A stretch of 64,000 bases of DNA from Gaiellaceae bacterium (GCA_045806045.1 JBJMKB010000087.1:12277-76276), one strand, 5' to 3'. Counted from the stretch's first letter, positions 9,242 to 17,775 are shown. Made by a program: numbers and translations. Notes: generated by a model not told the origin, from the sequence alone.

Positions 9242-10273
9242 TCAGCTCAACGCGTACACGACGACCATCACGCTGTAGGCAGCCACGAGCACGATGCCCT
9301 CCCACCGGCGTGAGCGGCCGTCCCAGACGACCCACGTCGCGAACGCTGCCGCGGCGGCCATCGTGATCACCTCGACAGCGCGGAACGAGAGCGGCAGTCC
9401 GCGGCCGACGACCCACGAGAGCAGGCACACGGCAGGCATCACGAACAGCGCGACCTGCGCCGACGACGTGATCGCGATCTCGGTCGCGAGCCGCGTGTTG
9501 CCCCGCTTTGCGATCACGACCGCGCCCCCGTGCTCCGCGGCGTTGCCGACGATCGCGACGATCACGACGGCGATGAAGAACTCGTTCAAGCCGACCGCCT
9601 TGCCGAAGTGGTCGAGCGAGTGGACGAGGATCTCCGAGACGAGCGCGGTCGCGAGCGTCGCGACGGCGAGCCACGTCACCGCCTTCCTCAGCGGCCACGC
9701 GTCGGCTGCCGCCGTGCGGCGGTCTTGTGCGCGGTGAACGCGCAGGTTCCGTACCGTGATTACCGCGTACGCGACCAGCAGGACGACCGATACGGGAATC
9801 GAGACGAGATACAGCGAGTGCCGCTCGTGCGAGCCGCCGCTCCACGAGAGCGCCGAGGGCAGTGCGATCAGCAGCACCGCTCCGATGACGGCGAACAGCT
9901 GCAACCGCAGCGAGCGGCTGTCGACGTCGCCGTCGCCGCCCGCGATCATCGCCGCGCCCAGGACGAGGAGGATGTTGGAGACCACGGATCCGGTGAGCGA
10001 GCCGCGTACGACGCCCGGCAGGTTGTTCGCGACTGCGAACAACGCGATGATCAGCTCCGGCGCGTTGCCGAAGCTCGCGTTCAGGAACGCGCCGACACCG
10101 GCGCCCGTGTGCTCGGCCGCGTGCTCCGTCGCCTCGCCGATCAGCCACGCAAGCGGCACGAGCGCCGCGGCCGCGAGGATGAAGAGCGTGGTCTCGTCGA
10201 GGTGGAGGGCGAAGCGGCCGGCGATCGCGATGGGAGTGAGCACCAGCGACGTCCAGAGGATCCGCTGCGTCAC
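9242..10273 (-). CDS. cax: Ca2+/H+ exchanger (CaCA family)
   Basis: Two alpha-repeat motifs (SFGNAPELIIA and IVGNAAEHGGAV), about 10-11 TM segments. N-terminal 190 codons of ORF 9242..10849 are shadow over the HAD gene; start at GTG 10271-10273. Confidence 0.85.
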   Translation of the reverse strand: MTQRILWTSLVLTPIAIAGRFALHLDETTLFILAAAALVPLAWLIGEATEHAAEHTGAGVGAFLNASFGNAPELIIALFAVANNLPGVVRGSLTGSVVSNILLVLGAAMIAGGDGDVDSRSLRLQLFAVIGAVLLIALPSALSWSGGSHERHSLYLVSIPVSVVLLVAYAVITVRNLRVHRAQDRRTAAADAWPLRKAVTWLAVATLATALVSEILVHSLDHFGKAVGLNEFFIAVVIVAIVGNAAEHGGAVVIAKRGNTRLATEIAITSSAQVALFVMPAVCLLSWVVGRGLPLSFRAVEVITMAAAAAFATWVVWDGRSRRWEGIVLVAAYSVMVVVYALS

Positions 10274-10279
10274 GCCCGC

Positions 10280-10286
10280 TAGCCTA
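10280..10286. promoter_or_regulatory. overlapping divergent -10-like boxes (TAGCCT for the HAD gene, TAGGCT for cax)
   Basis: Plus strand TAGCCT 10280-10285, 9 nt to GTG 10295. Minus strand TAGGCT (rc of 10281-10286), 7 nt to GTG 10273. Confidence 0.35.
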
Positions 10287-10294
10287 GCCACCCC

Positions 10295-10951
10295 GTGATC
10301 GACGCAGTTCTCTTCGACTGGAGCGACACGCTCGTGCAGTTCACCTGGGACGACGAGCTGCTCGCCGAGGGGCATCGGGCCGCGCTCGGGCGGGACGACC
10401 CCGACTTCACAGCGCGCTACCGCGACGTCGTGCTCCGGGACGGCGCGGGGAGGCCCTACGACGAGCTGTTGCGCGAGCTCGGCGTCCAGGATCCGGAACG
10501 GTTCGTCGACATCGAGCACGAGGTGTGGCGTTCCGCACACGCCGTGCTCGGCTCTGCGCAGGCGCTGCTCCATTCGTTGCGCAGCCGTGGGATCAAGACC
10601 GGGCTCGTCGCGAACTCGTGGCCGGAGCCGGCCAGGCTCCTGCGGCAGGACGTCGAGGCGTTCGGGCTCACGGACCTCCTGGACGTGATCGTGTTCTCGG
10701 ACGAGGTCGGCGTCCCGAAGCCGCAACCGGGGATCTTTCTGCACGCGCTCGAGCAGCTCGGCGTCGATCCGGCCGGCGCGATGTTCGTCGGCGACCGGCT
10801 CGAGACCGATGTGCAAGGCGCAGCGGCACTGGGCATGACTACCGTGCAAGCACTGTGGTTCAGAGCAGACGACAAACCGGGCATCGAGCCCGACTTCATG
10901 GCCTTCACGCCGATGGACGTGCTGAACGCGCTCCGGCGATTAGCGCGCTGA
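10295..10951 (+). CDS. HAD-superfamily hydrolase
   Basis: Motif I DAVLFDWSDTL, motif III/IV region (K...FVGDRLETD). Confidence 0.8.
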   Translation: MIDAVLFDWSDTLVQFTWDDELLAEGHRAALGRDDPDFTARYRDVVLRDGAGRPYDELLRELGVQDPERFVDIEHEVWRSAHAVLGSAQALLHSLRSRGIKTGLVANSWPEPARLLRQDVEAFGLTDLLDVIVFSDEVGVPKPQPGIFLHALEQLGVDPAGAMFVGDRLETDVQGAAALGMTTVQALWFRADDKPGIEPDFMAFTPMDVLNALRRLAR

Positions 10952-10991
10952 GCAGCGAAAGTCAAGTCTTGCGGGTATCCGCACGGGCTCG

Positions 10992-10997
10992 GACAAT
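10992..10997 (+). promoter_or_regulatory. -10-like GACAAT with TTGCGG 17 nt upstream; 6 nt before ATG 11004
   Basis: TTGCGG 10969-10974, 17-nt spacer, GACAAT 10992-10997, GCACGT, ATG. Confidence 0.35.
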
Positions 10998-11003
10998 GCA
11001 CGT

Positions 11004-11414
11004 ATGACGCCAGAGCAGACTGCCGCCCCGGCACTGCCCCTCCACCCTCAGGACGAGATGGAGTGCCGCCGCTGCGGCGTCCATTGCGACAAGGTCGTCT
11101 ACCCGGGCGCGTGCCTCGCGCGCGGCTGCCCCTTCGTCTACTCCTACGAGGCGTGGGGCCACACGTACGTCGGCTGCATGCAGAAGGTCTACGACGTCGA
11201 GATCGACGTCGACATGCTGCGCGCTGCCGAAGCGCGCAAGCCCGGCTTCGGCGCCATCCGCGCGATGCGCCGTCCGCTGCCGATGTGCAAGGCGGAGATC
11301 GAGCGCACCTACGAGTCACGCTCCGGGGAGCTCGGCTGCATCAACCCGGAGTTCGACGAGCTGCCCCTCGGCGAGCCGACGTTTCGGGTGTTCGCGCAGA
11401 TCACGGGCCGCTGA
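11004..11414 (+). CDS. hypothetical Cys-rich protein (136 aa)
   Basis: High GC3; eight Cys including CRRCGVHC ... C....C; no family recognised. Confidence 0.55.
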   Translation: MTPEQTAAPALPLHPQDEMECRRCGVHCDKVVYPGACLARGCPFVYSYEAWGHTYVGCMQKVYDVEIDVDMLRAAEARKPGFGAIRAMRRPLPMCKAEIERTYESRSGELGCINPEFDELPLGEPTFRVFAQITGR

Positions 11415-12363
11415 GCAGTTCGTCCTCGCGGCGGCGCCGGACAGCCCTCACCGCGAGCCACACGAGCCACACCAGGACCAGTGCGGGCACGCCGAGCGCG
11501 AGCACGTAGATCGCGCCGATCCCGATCCAGCGGAGCGCGACGACGAGGCCGTGCAGCGGGCCGTGGTGGGTGCTGTGCGCCGCCGGCTGCGGCGTTGCGA
11601 GGTGCAGGCTGACCGTCGCGTAGTGCGCGGTGCGGCGGGTGTCCGCCGTGCCCCGCTGCAGGCGCTGGATGTGCGCAGTGATCGTTGCGGTCCTGCGCTT
11701 GACCGCGTCGGTCTGGGTCTGCGAGCGCAGGTCGGCGAGCTGTCGCTGGAGGCGAAGGATCTCGCGGTCGGTTCCATTCAGGCCCGCCTCGAGATCCTGC
11801 ACGTTCACGTGTTCGCCGGTGATCGTCCCGAGCGCCGAGAGCCGCGCGATCGCTTCCTGCACGTGAATGCGCGGCACCTTGAACGTGAGATCGGCCGAGG
11901 CGTTCTTCGAGCCCGAGTCGGCGTTGATCGAGACGGGGTAGCCGCCGAGCGAGGTGACGATTCGTTGCGCGCGCGAGACGGCGCCGGAGACACGACGTGA
12001 GGTCGGAATGCGCAGCGCCAACCAGGCCTCGTACTGCTGGACACGCTTTGCGAGAGGCGCCGGCACTGACTGCAATGCCGAGTGCGCCCGGGCCGCCTCG
12101 CCTTGAGCCGTGGGCGTCGTCTGCAGGCCCCGGACGAACGCGCCGTGTTGCTGATCGGTCGCCGTCGGACGTGTGAAGACGATCGCGGCGGCGATCGCGG
12201 CCGCGACAGGCAATGCGACGACGAGCGCCCGGCGCCACGTGAAGCGCCGCGGTGGGGACGTGCTCCTGTCACCGGCGGCGATCAGGCGCACGCGCTCGCG
12301 TACCTCGTCTGGGGCGGCGACGTGCGACGCGCGCAGTTCGACCGCGAGATCACGCTGCGACAT
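11401..12363 (-). CDS. membrane protein with DUF4349-like ectodomain; probable anti-sigma partner
   Basis: Short cytoplasmic N-terminus, TM (ALVVALPVAAAIAAAIVF), coiled-coil ectodomain, C-terminal TM; 14-nt overlap with the upstream ECF sigma gene. Confidence 0.6.
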   Translation of the reverse strand: MSQRDLAVELRASHVAAPDEVRERVRLIAAGDRSTSPPRRFTWRRALVVALPVAAAIAAAIVFTRPTATDQQHGAFVRGLQTTPTAQGEAARAHSALQSVPAPLAKRVQQYEAWLALRIPTSRRVSGAVSRAQRIVTSLGGYPVSINADSGSKNASADLTFKVPRIHVQEAIARLSALGTITGEHVNVQDLEAGLNGTDREILRLQRQLADLRSQTQTDAVKRRTATITAHIQRLQRGTADTRRTAHYATVSLHLATPQPAAHSTHHGPLHGLVVALRWIGIGAIYVLALGVPALVLVWLVWLAVRAVRRRREDELLSGP

Positions 12364-12826
12364 GGAGTGCCTCCTCGAGCTTCCTCAGCGCACGGTTCAG
12401 GCGCGTGGTGACGTTGGTGGGGGAGATGCCGAGGATGCGTGCCGCCGCGCCGGCGTCGAGGTCGAGGACGACGCGGAGCGCAACGACCTCCCGTTCGCCC
12501 GGGCTGAGTGCGCCGAGCGCGGCCTGCAGGTCCGCGGCGAGACCTTCCGCGAACCGTTCCTCGTAGCGCTCGGGTACCGCTGCGAGTTGCTCGCGACGTG
12601 TTCGACGCCGCTCCGAGCGGAAGTGGTCGAGCGCCGTCGTGCGGGCGACCTGGAAGAGCCAGGTGCGTGCCGAGCCGCGCTTCGGGTCGAACCGGTGCCA
12701 AAGCCGCAGGGCGCGTTCGAACGTCTCGCCGGCGAGGTCGTCGGCAGCCGCGCGGTCGCCGGTGAACCAGGCGAGGTAGCCGTACACCTCGTCGAGGTGT
12801 TCCTCGGCTGCCTGAGCGAAGGTCAT
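12350..12826 (-). CDS. ECF-type RNA polymerase sigma factor
   Basis: 158 aa; region 2 (DDLAGETFERALRLWHRFD ... WLFQVARTTALDHFR) and region 4 HTH (AARILGISPTNVTTRLNRALRKL). Confidence 0.85.
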   Translation of the reverse strand: MTFAQAAEEHLDEVYGYLAWFTGDRAAADDLAGETFERALRLWHRFDPKRGSARTWLFQVARTTALDHFRSERRRTRREQLAAVPERYEERFAEGLAADLQAALGALSPGEREVVALRVVLDLDAGAAARILGISPTNVTTRLNRALRKLEEALHVAA

Positions 12827-12884
12827 CTCGCGTGTTCTACGCCGCGGGCCGGAAGGACGTCACAGGCGGACGCGTCCCGAGGGG

Positions 12885-12905
12885 CCACGACCGGGGTCTG
12901 ACCCC
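12885..12905. repeat. palindromic 21-nt element CACGACCGGGGTCTGACCCCG, copy 1
   Basis: Identical 21-mer recurs at 12990-13010; core CGGGGTC-T-GACCCCG is an inverted repeat. Confidence 0.7.
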
Positions 12906-12989
12906 GAACGTGGCGCTTCGAGCCACGACGACGTGGACATGTCGGAAGCCCCGACCCGCATCACTACGCAGTCGTATTGGCTGCTTCGG

Positions 12990-13010
12990 ACACGACCGGG
13001 GTCTGACCCC
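12990..13010. repeat. palindromic 21-nt element, copy 2
   Basis: Identical to 12885-12905. Core extends to ACCGGGGTC-T-GACCCCGGT. Direct repeats TTCGGACA at 12984-12991 (overlapping the first 2 nt of the 21-mer) and 13022-13029. Confidence 0.7.
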
Positions 13011-13038
13011 GGTGGTGACGCATTCGGACAGTCGCGCG

Positions 13039-13890
13039 CTACGAGGTCCAGCGCGCGTGCAGGTCGCGCAGCTTCTGGATCTCGCCGGCGTTCGGGCCGC
13101 TCTTGTTCTCGCCCGGCACCTCGAGGTACGCGCCGAGGTGCTGGAACGCGGGATGGGCGAGAAACGCGCCGAGGTTCTCGCCCATCAACCCTTCGAGCAT
13201 GTTCGCGTGCCGGTCGCGATTCGAGCCGAGCTCGGTCGCGCTGTCGTTCACGTGCAGCGCTCGCAGCCGGTCGAGGCCGATGCGCTCGTCGACCTCCGCG
13301 ACGAGCTCGTCGAGCGCCGCGCGGTCGGTGACGTCGTAGCCCGTGGCCCACAGGTGACACGAGTCCAGACAGACGCCGAGTCGTGGATGTCTGTCGAGCC
13401 GCTCGACGAGGACCGCGAGCTCGTCGATCGAGCGGCCGATCGTTGCACCGCTGCCGGCCGAGTTCTCCATCAGCAGCCACGTGTCGTTCTCGCAGCGCTC
13501 GAGGATCTGCGCGAGCGCGGCGGTCGTGCGCTCGAGGCCGGCCTCGAACCCGGCGCCGAGGTGCGAGCCGACGTGAAAGATGACGGCGTCGGCCTCGATC
13601 GCACATGCGACGTCGACGGTGTTCTGCATCGTCCGGATCGACTTGTCGTAGATCTCGTCGTTCGGCGCCGCCAGGTTGCAGAGGTAGAGCGCGTGGCAGA
13701 CGACTCCGCCGATACCCGCCTCCGCCCGGCGCGTCTTGAACCGCTCGATCGTCTCGGACTTGTGATTCGTCGGTCGCCACATGCGCGGGCTCTGGGTGAA
13801 GACCTGCACGCAATCGCCGCCCATCGCCTCGATCCGGTCGATCGCGGTGTCGATCCCGCCGCTCGAGGACACGTGCGCGCCGAATTCCAC
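13039..13890 (-). CDS. nfo: endonuclease IV
   Basis: 283 aa; family-typical MEFGAHVSSSGG N-terminus and metal-ligand His/Asp/Glu pattern (HALYLCNL, FHVGSH, LMENSAG, CLDSCHLWA). Confidence 0.9.
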   Translation of the reverse strand: MEFGAHVSSSGGIDTAIDRIEAMGGDCVQVFTQSPRMWRPTNHKSETIERFKTRRAEAGIGGVVCHALYLCNLAAPNDEIYDKSIRTMQNTVDVACAIEADAVIFHVGSHLGAGFEAGLERTTAALAQILERCENDTWLLMENSAGSGATIGRSIDELAVLVERLDRHPRLGVCLDSCHLWATGYDVTDRAALDELVAEVDERIGLDRLRALHVNDSATELGSNRDRHANMLEGLMGENLGAFLAHPAFQHLGAYLEVPGENKSGPNAGEIQKLRDLHARWTS

Positions 13891-13898
13891 TGCGCGCC

Positions 13899-13905
13899 TA
13901 CGATA
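13899..13905. promoter_or_regulatory. overlapping divergent -10-like boxes (TACGAT for gltX, TATCGT for nfo) in a 20-nt spacer
   Basis: Plus strand TACGAT 13899-13904, 6 nt to ATG 13911. Minus strand TATCGT (rc of 13900-13905), 9 nt to GTG 13890. Confidence 0.4.
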
Positions 13906-13910
13906 GAGAG

Positions 13911-15164
13911 ATGGCAGTCAGAGTCCGCATGGCACCCAGCCCGACCGGGTTCCTTCACATCGGCGGTGTCCGGACGTTCCTCTTCAACTGGCTGTTCGCG
14001 CGGCAGCACGGCGGAGAGAACCTGCTGCGAATCGAGAACACCGACACGAGCCGCGAGGTGGCGGAGGCGACCGAGCAGATCCAGGAGTCGCTGCGGTGGA
14101 TCGGGATCGACTGGGACGGAGAGGTGAAGTTCCAACTCGACACCGCCGAACGCGCGCGCGAGCTCGCGGACGAGCTGGTGGCGAAGGGGCATGCATACGA
14201 GGACGAGGGCGCGATCCGGTTCCGCCAGCCGAAGGAGGGCGTCGTGTCGTGGGAGGACGCCGTCCGCGGGCACGTCGAGTTCAAGAACGAGCTGCTGCCG
14301 GACCTCGTGCTCGTGCGCTCCGACGGCCGGCCCACCTACAACTTCGTCTCGCCGGTCGACGACGTGATCGACGGGATCACGCACGTTATTCGCGGCCAGG
14401 ACCACGTCTCGAACACGCCGTCGCAGATCAACATCCTGCGCGCGCTCGGCGCCGAGCTGCCGGTGTACGCGCACGTGCCCGACATCAACGGCGACGACGG
14501 ACGCAAGCTGTCGAAGCGCCACGGCGCGGTGTCGATCGACCACTTCCGCAGCGAGGGCTACCTGCCGCAGGCGCTGATGAACTTCCTCGCGCTGCTCGGG
14601 TGGAGCTACGACGACAAGACGACGCTCATGTCGCGCAAGGCGCTGATCGAGCGCTTCTCGCTCGACCGTGTCGTGCCCAGTCCGGCGACGTTCGACTACA
14701 AGAAGCTCGACTGGATGAACGGCATGTACCTGCGCGATCTCCAGCCGGACGAGTACGCGCACGACCTGCTCAAGTGGTTGCACGAGCAGGGCATCGAGTG
14801 GCCGGACGAGCGCGTCCGAGCGACGGTGCCGATCGTGCAGGAGAAGATCGAGCGCTTTGCGCAGTACCCGGAGTTCGTGCGCTTCCTCTTCGAGGAGATT
14901 CGCCCCGTGGAGGCCGACCCGCGCATCGTGGGCGCGGCGGCGGAGACGCTCGCTCAGCTCGAGCCGTGGGAGGCGACCCGAATCGAGGAGACGCTACGCG
15001 AGCTCGTCGACGAGCTGGGAGAAAAGCCGCGGCAGGGCTTCGCGCCGATCAGGCTGGCGGTGACCGGGTCAAAGGTGTCGCCGGGCCTGTTCGAGAGCCT
15101 GGAGCTCCTCGGTCGCGAGGCAACGTTGAAGCGCCTCAACGCGGCCGCGGCGGGGGCGGCCTGA
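13911..15164 (+). CDS. gltX: glutamate--tRNA ligase (compact, 417 aa)
   Basis: HIGH-type motif PSPTGFLHIGG and KLSKRHG motif; class I GluRS sequence throughout. Confidence 0.9.
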   Translation: MAVRVRMAPSPTGFLHIGGVRTFLFNWLFARQHGGENLLRIENTDTSREVAEATEQIQESLRWIGIDWDGEVKFQLDTAERARELADELVAKGHAYEDEGAIRFRQPKEGVVSWEDAVRGHVEFKNELLPDLVLVRSDGRPTYNFVSPVDDVIDGITHVIRGQDHVSNTPSQINILRALGAELPVYAHVPDINGDDGRKLSKRHGAVSIDHFRSEGYLPQALMNFLALLGWSYDDKTTLMSRKALIERFSLDRVVPSPATFDYKKLDWMNGMYLRDLQPDEYAHDLLKWLHEQGIEWPDERVRATVPIVQEKIERFAQYPEFVRFLFEEIRPVEADPRIVGAAAETLAQLEPWEATRIEETLRELVDELGEKPRQGFAPIRLAVTGSKVSPGLFESLELLGREATLKRLNAAAAGAA

Positions 15165-15349
15165 GCGGCTTCGGCGGCGCTAGCGGATCGAGCGCGCGCT
15201 GGAAGCGCCGCCACGCCCTGAGTCGAAACTGCAGGGTCGGGCGCGGCAGGGGTACGTCGTCTCTGTGAGGCTCTGCACGCGCGCCCGTCCGGGGGCTGGG
15301 GGCGCCGTTTCGCATTTACAAGCCTTAAACGCCCCCGGGTGGCGCGGGG

Positions 15350-15886
15350 TTACCGACGGTAGGACAGAACCGAGACACACACCCCGACGATGCCGAACGC
15401 CCACAGGGGCCACATCCCGAGGCTCGCTCCGGCGACGAACGCGAGCGCCCCGGCGAGGGCGAGCAGGACGGCGAGCAGCGGCCGGCCGATCCCTTCTTCC
15501 GGCTGAGCGTCGCCGGGGCCGGCCGGGGCCGGAGGTGCGAGCCGCATCCGGGCGAGCCGCACCCGGAAGAGGGCGCCGCGCCACGCGTAGAGCAGCGGCT
15601 GCGTGCCCTCCGGGCCCCACAGCGCGCACGCCTCGGCGACCTCCGCCGTGACGTCGCGCGCCGAGGCGAGGGCGTCGCCCAGCTCGGCGTGCGCGCAGGC
15701 GCCCCCGGGCGGCGGCACGATCCCGTACGCGTTCTCGCTTGCGACGTGGAGGGCGTATTGCAGCCGGCGCAGCGCCTGGACGTCCTCCGGAAGCTCGTCG
15801 AGCCCCGCGAGCGTCGGCGACAAGCCGGACCAGAGCCGCCCCACGAGGTGGGCGTACCGCTCGTCGCTGCCGGTCCTCGGCGCCAC
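15350..15886 (-). CDS. hypothetical protein with C-terminal TM helices
   Basis: C-terminal part of ORF 15350..16096 has coding-like composition and hydrophobic tail LLAVLLALAGALAFVAG / WPLWAFGIVGVCVSVL. Start set at the second GTG (15884-15886), 6 nt after TACGAT; uncertain. Confidence 0.45.
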   Translation of the reverse strand: MAPRTGSDERYAHLVGRLWSGLSPTLAGLDELPEDVQALRRLQYALHVASENAYGIVPPPGGACAHAELGDALASARDVTAEVAEACALWGPEGTQPLLYAWRGALFRVRLARMRLAPPAPAGPGDAQPEEGIGRPLLAVLLALAGALAFVAGASLGMWPLWAFGIVGVCVSVLSYRR

Positions 15887-15919
15887 CACGCGATCGTACT
15901 CCGCTACGCTCTCGCGCCG

Positions 15920-16270
15920 ATGATCGGAGCCCTCGTCGTCGACGACGATGCAGCACTGCGGATGCTTTGCCGGGTGAACCTCGAGATCGAGGGCTTCGCG
16001 GTGCGCGAGGCGGCGACCGTGGCCGAGGCGGAAGCCGCCGTGGCGGCGGAGCGGCCGGACGTGGTGCTGCTCGACGTTCACCTCGGCGGCGACCAAACGG
16101 ACGAGCTGTTGTCACGGTTGCGCAGCGCCGGCATCCCCGTCGCGGTCGTTACCGGCAGCGTCGACATCGAGGATTACCGCGATGCCGCCGATGCCGTGAT
16201 CGCCAAACCGTTCCTCCCGCAGGACCTCGTCGAGACCGCGAGGCGGCTCGCTAAGGTCTCCGGCGAATGA
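15920..16270 (+). CDS. stand-alone response-regulator receiver protein
   Basis: 116 aa; VVDDD, phospho-site context VVLLDVHL, KPF; ATG 15920 inside a longer shadow ORF; ATGA overlap with the next gene. Confidence 0.8.
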   Translation: MIGALVVDDDAALRMLCRVNLEIEGFAVREAATVAEAEAAVAAERPDVVLLDVHLGGDQTDELLSRLRSAGIPVAVVTGSVDIEDYRDAADAVIAKPFLPQDLVETARRLAKVSGE

Positions 16271-17775
16271 GCGCCACCTCGGTCTTCAGCCCGACGGAGT
16301 TCCAGTCACGCCTCGAGCGGTACCTCTTCGAGCGCTCGGAGGAGTGGCGGGCCGTGCGCGTGGGCGAGAAGGAGGTCTCCGAGCAGGCGGAGATCGTGCG
16401 CCGCTACGCAGACCTCTTCAGCCGCGAGCAGATGAGCGCGCTGCAGGACGCGGAAGGAGGCGCGAGCGGGGACGAGCGCGAGCTCCTCTACCGCCTCCGC
16501 AAGACGTGCGAGTCGGGGCTCATCTCGGCTCAGCTCGCCGAGCGCGAGGACGAGCTGGAGAACCGCTTGCTCGCCGAGCGCGTGACGTTCAAGGGCGAGG
16601 AGATGCCGCTCCGGAACGCGCAGGCGAAGCTGGCCGTCCTCCCTGACTACGCCGACCGTGAGGAGCTCGGAAAGATCCAGGCAGCGGCGAGCGCGCAGTT
16701 CAACGACGACCGGCTCGAGCTTCTGCGCGCGACCGAGGAGCTGGCCGCCGAGCTGTCCGGCATCGCCGACGCCGTCGAACGCAACGAGGAGGAGAAGGAC
16801 ATCTCGCTGCGCGAGCTCTCGCGCGCTCTCGAGGAGGCAAGCGACAGATCGACGGCGAGTTACGGAGCCCTTCGCGACCGCTGGTTCTCGAAGCTCCTCG
16901 GCGACGACCGCCCCGACGAGCCGTCGAGCTACCACACGTCGTACATGCGGCGGCTGTCTCCGCTCGAGTCGACATACACCAAGGAGCGCGCGACCGACAT
17001 CTGCCTGCGGACGCTCGAGGCTCTTGGGTTCGACTTGAAGGCGCAGCCGAACATCAAGCTCGACCTCGACGACCGGCCGCAGAAGTCGCCGCGCGCGTGC
17101 GTGATCGCGAGCGACCCGCCGACCGTCGTCCATCTCATCACGCGGGCGCAGGGCGGCCTCCACGACTACCAGGCGTTCCTCCACGAGGCCGGTCACGCCT
17201 TGCACTACGCAGGCTGCGACCCGGCGCTCCCGTACACCTTCCGCCGCATCTCCCGGGATCACGCGCTGACGGAGATCTACTCGTACATCGTCGAGGCGAT
17301 CTCGCGCGAGCCGGAGTGGCACGAGCAGCACTTCGGGCTGTCAGCGCAGCAGGCGGAGGAGAACGCCGAGGCGACGACGTTCCTCGAGGCGCTGCTGTAC
17401 CGCCGCTATGAGGCGAAGCTGCGTTTCGAGCTCGACTTCTGGACGCGCTTCAACGACGACGGCGGTGATCCCGACGTCTATGAACGGTTCCTCACGGAAG
17501 CGACGGGCGTCCGCTACGCGAAGGACAACTATCTCTCCGACATGGACGCTGGCTTCTACTCCGCCGACTATTTGCGGGCCTGGATCCGCTCCGCGCAGCT
17601 TCGGGCCTATCTCGTTCGCGAGATCGGGCCTGACTGGTGGCGCAATCGCAGGACGGGCGAGCTGCTGACCGATCTCTTCCGCGAAGGCACGAAGCCGACG
17701 AGCGAGGAGATCGCGAGCCGGCTCGGCTTCGACCCGTTCGACACGAAGCCGCTCCTGCACGAGATCGGTGCGTAG
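16267..17775 (+). CDS. M3-like zinc metallopeptidase (HExxH)
   Basis: 502 aa; HEAGHALH zinc motif in an oligoendopeptidase-F-like context; family assignment tentative. Confidence 0.6.
   Translation: MSATSVFSPTEFQSRLERYLFERSEEWRAVRVGEKEVSEQAEIVRRYADLFSREQMSALQDAEGGASGDERELLYRLRKTCESGLISAQLAEREDELENRLLAERVTFKGEEMPLRNAQAKLAVLPDYADREELGKIQAAASAQFNDDRLELLRATEELAAELSGIADAVERNEEEKDISLRELSRALEEASDRSTASYGALRDRWFSKLLGDDRPDEPSSYHTSYMRRLSPLESTYTKERATDICLRTLEALGFDLKAQPNIKLDLDDRPQKSPRACVIASDPPTVVHLITRAQGGLHDYQAFLHEAGHALHYAGCDPALPYTFRRISRDHALTEIYSYIVEAISREPEWHEQHFGLSAQQAEENAEATTFLEALLYRRYEAKLRFELDFWTRFNDDGGDPDVYERFLTEATGVRYAKDNYLSDMDAGFYSADYLRAWIRSAQLRAYLVREIGPDWWRNRRTGELLTDLFREGTKPTSEEIASRLGFDPFDTKPLLHEIGA

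Noticed and set aside
9242-10849. 535-aa version of the Ca2+/H+ exchanger with a 190-aa soluble N-terminal domain
   Set aside because: The extension runs antisense through the HAD hydrolase gene, has shadow-like composition, and the transporter N-terminus is complete from GTG 10271-10273, which also has a TAGGCT box 7 nt upstream.
15173-15212. Inverted repeat GGCGGCGCT ... AGCGCCGCC after gltX as an intrinsic terminator
   Set aside because: The 9-bp stem has a 22-nt loop and no T-tract on either strand. It may still be a 3'-end structure, but support is too weak to annotate.
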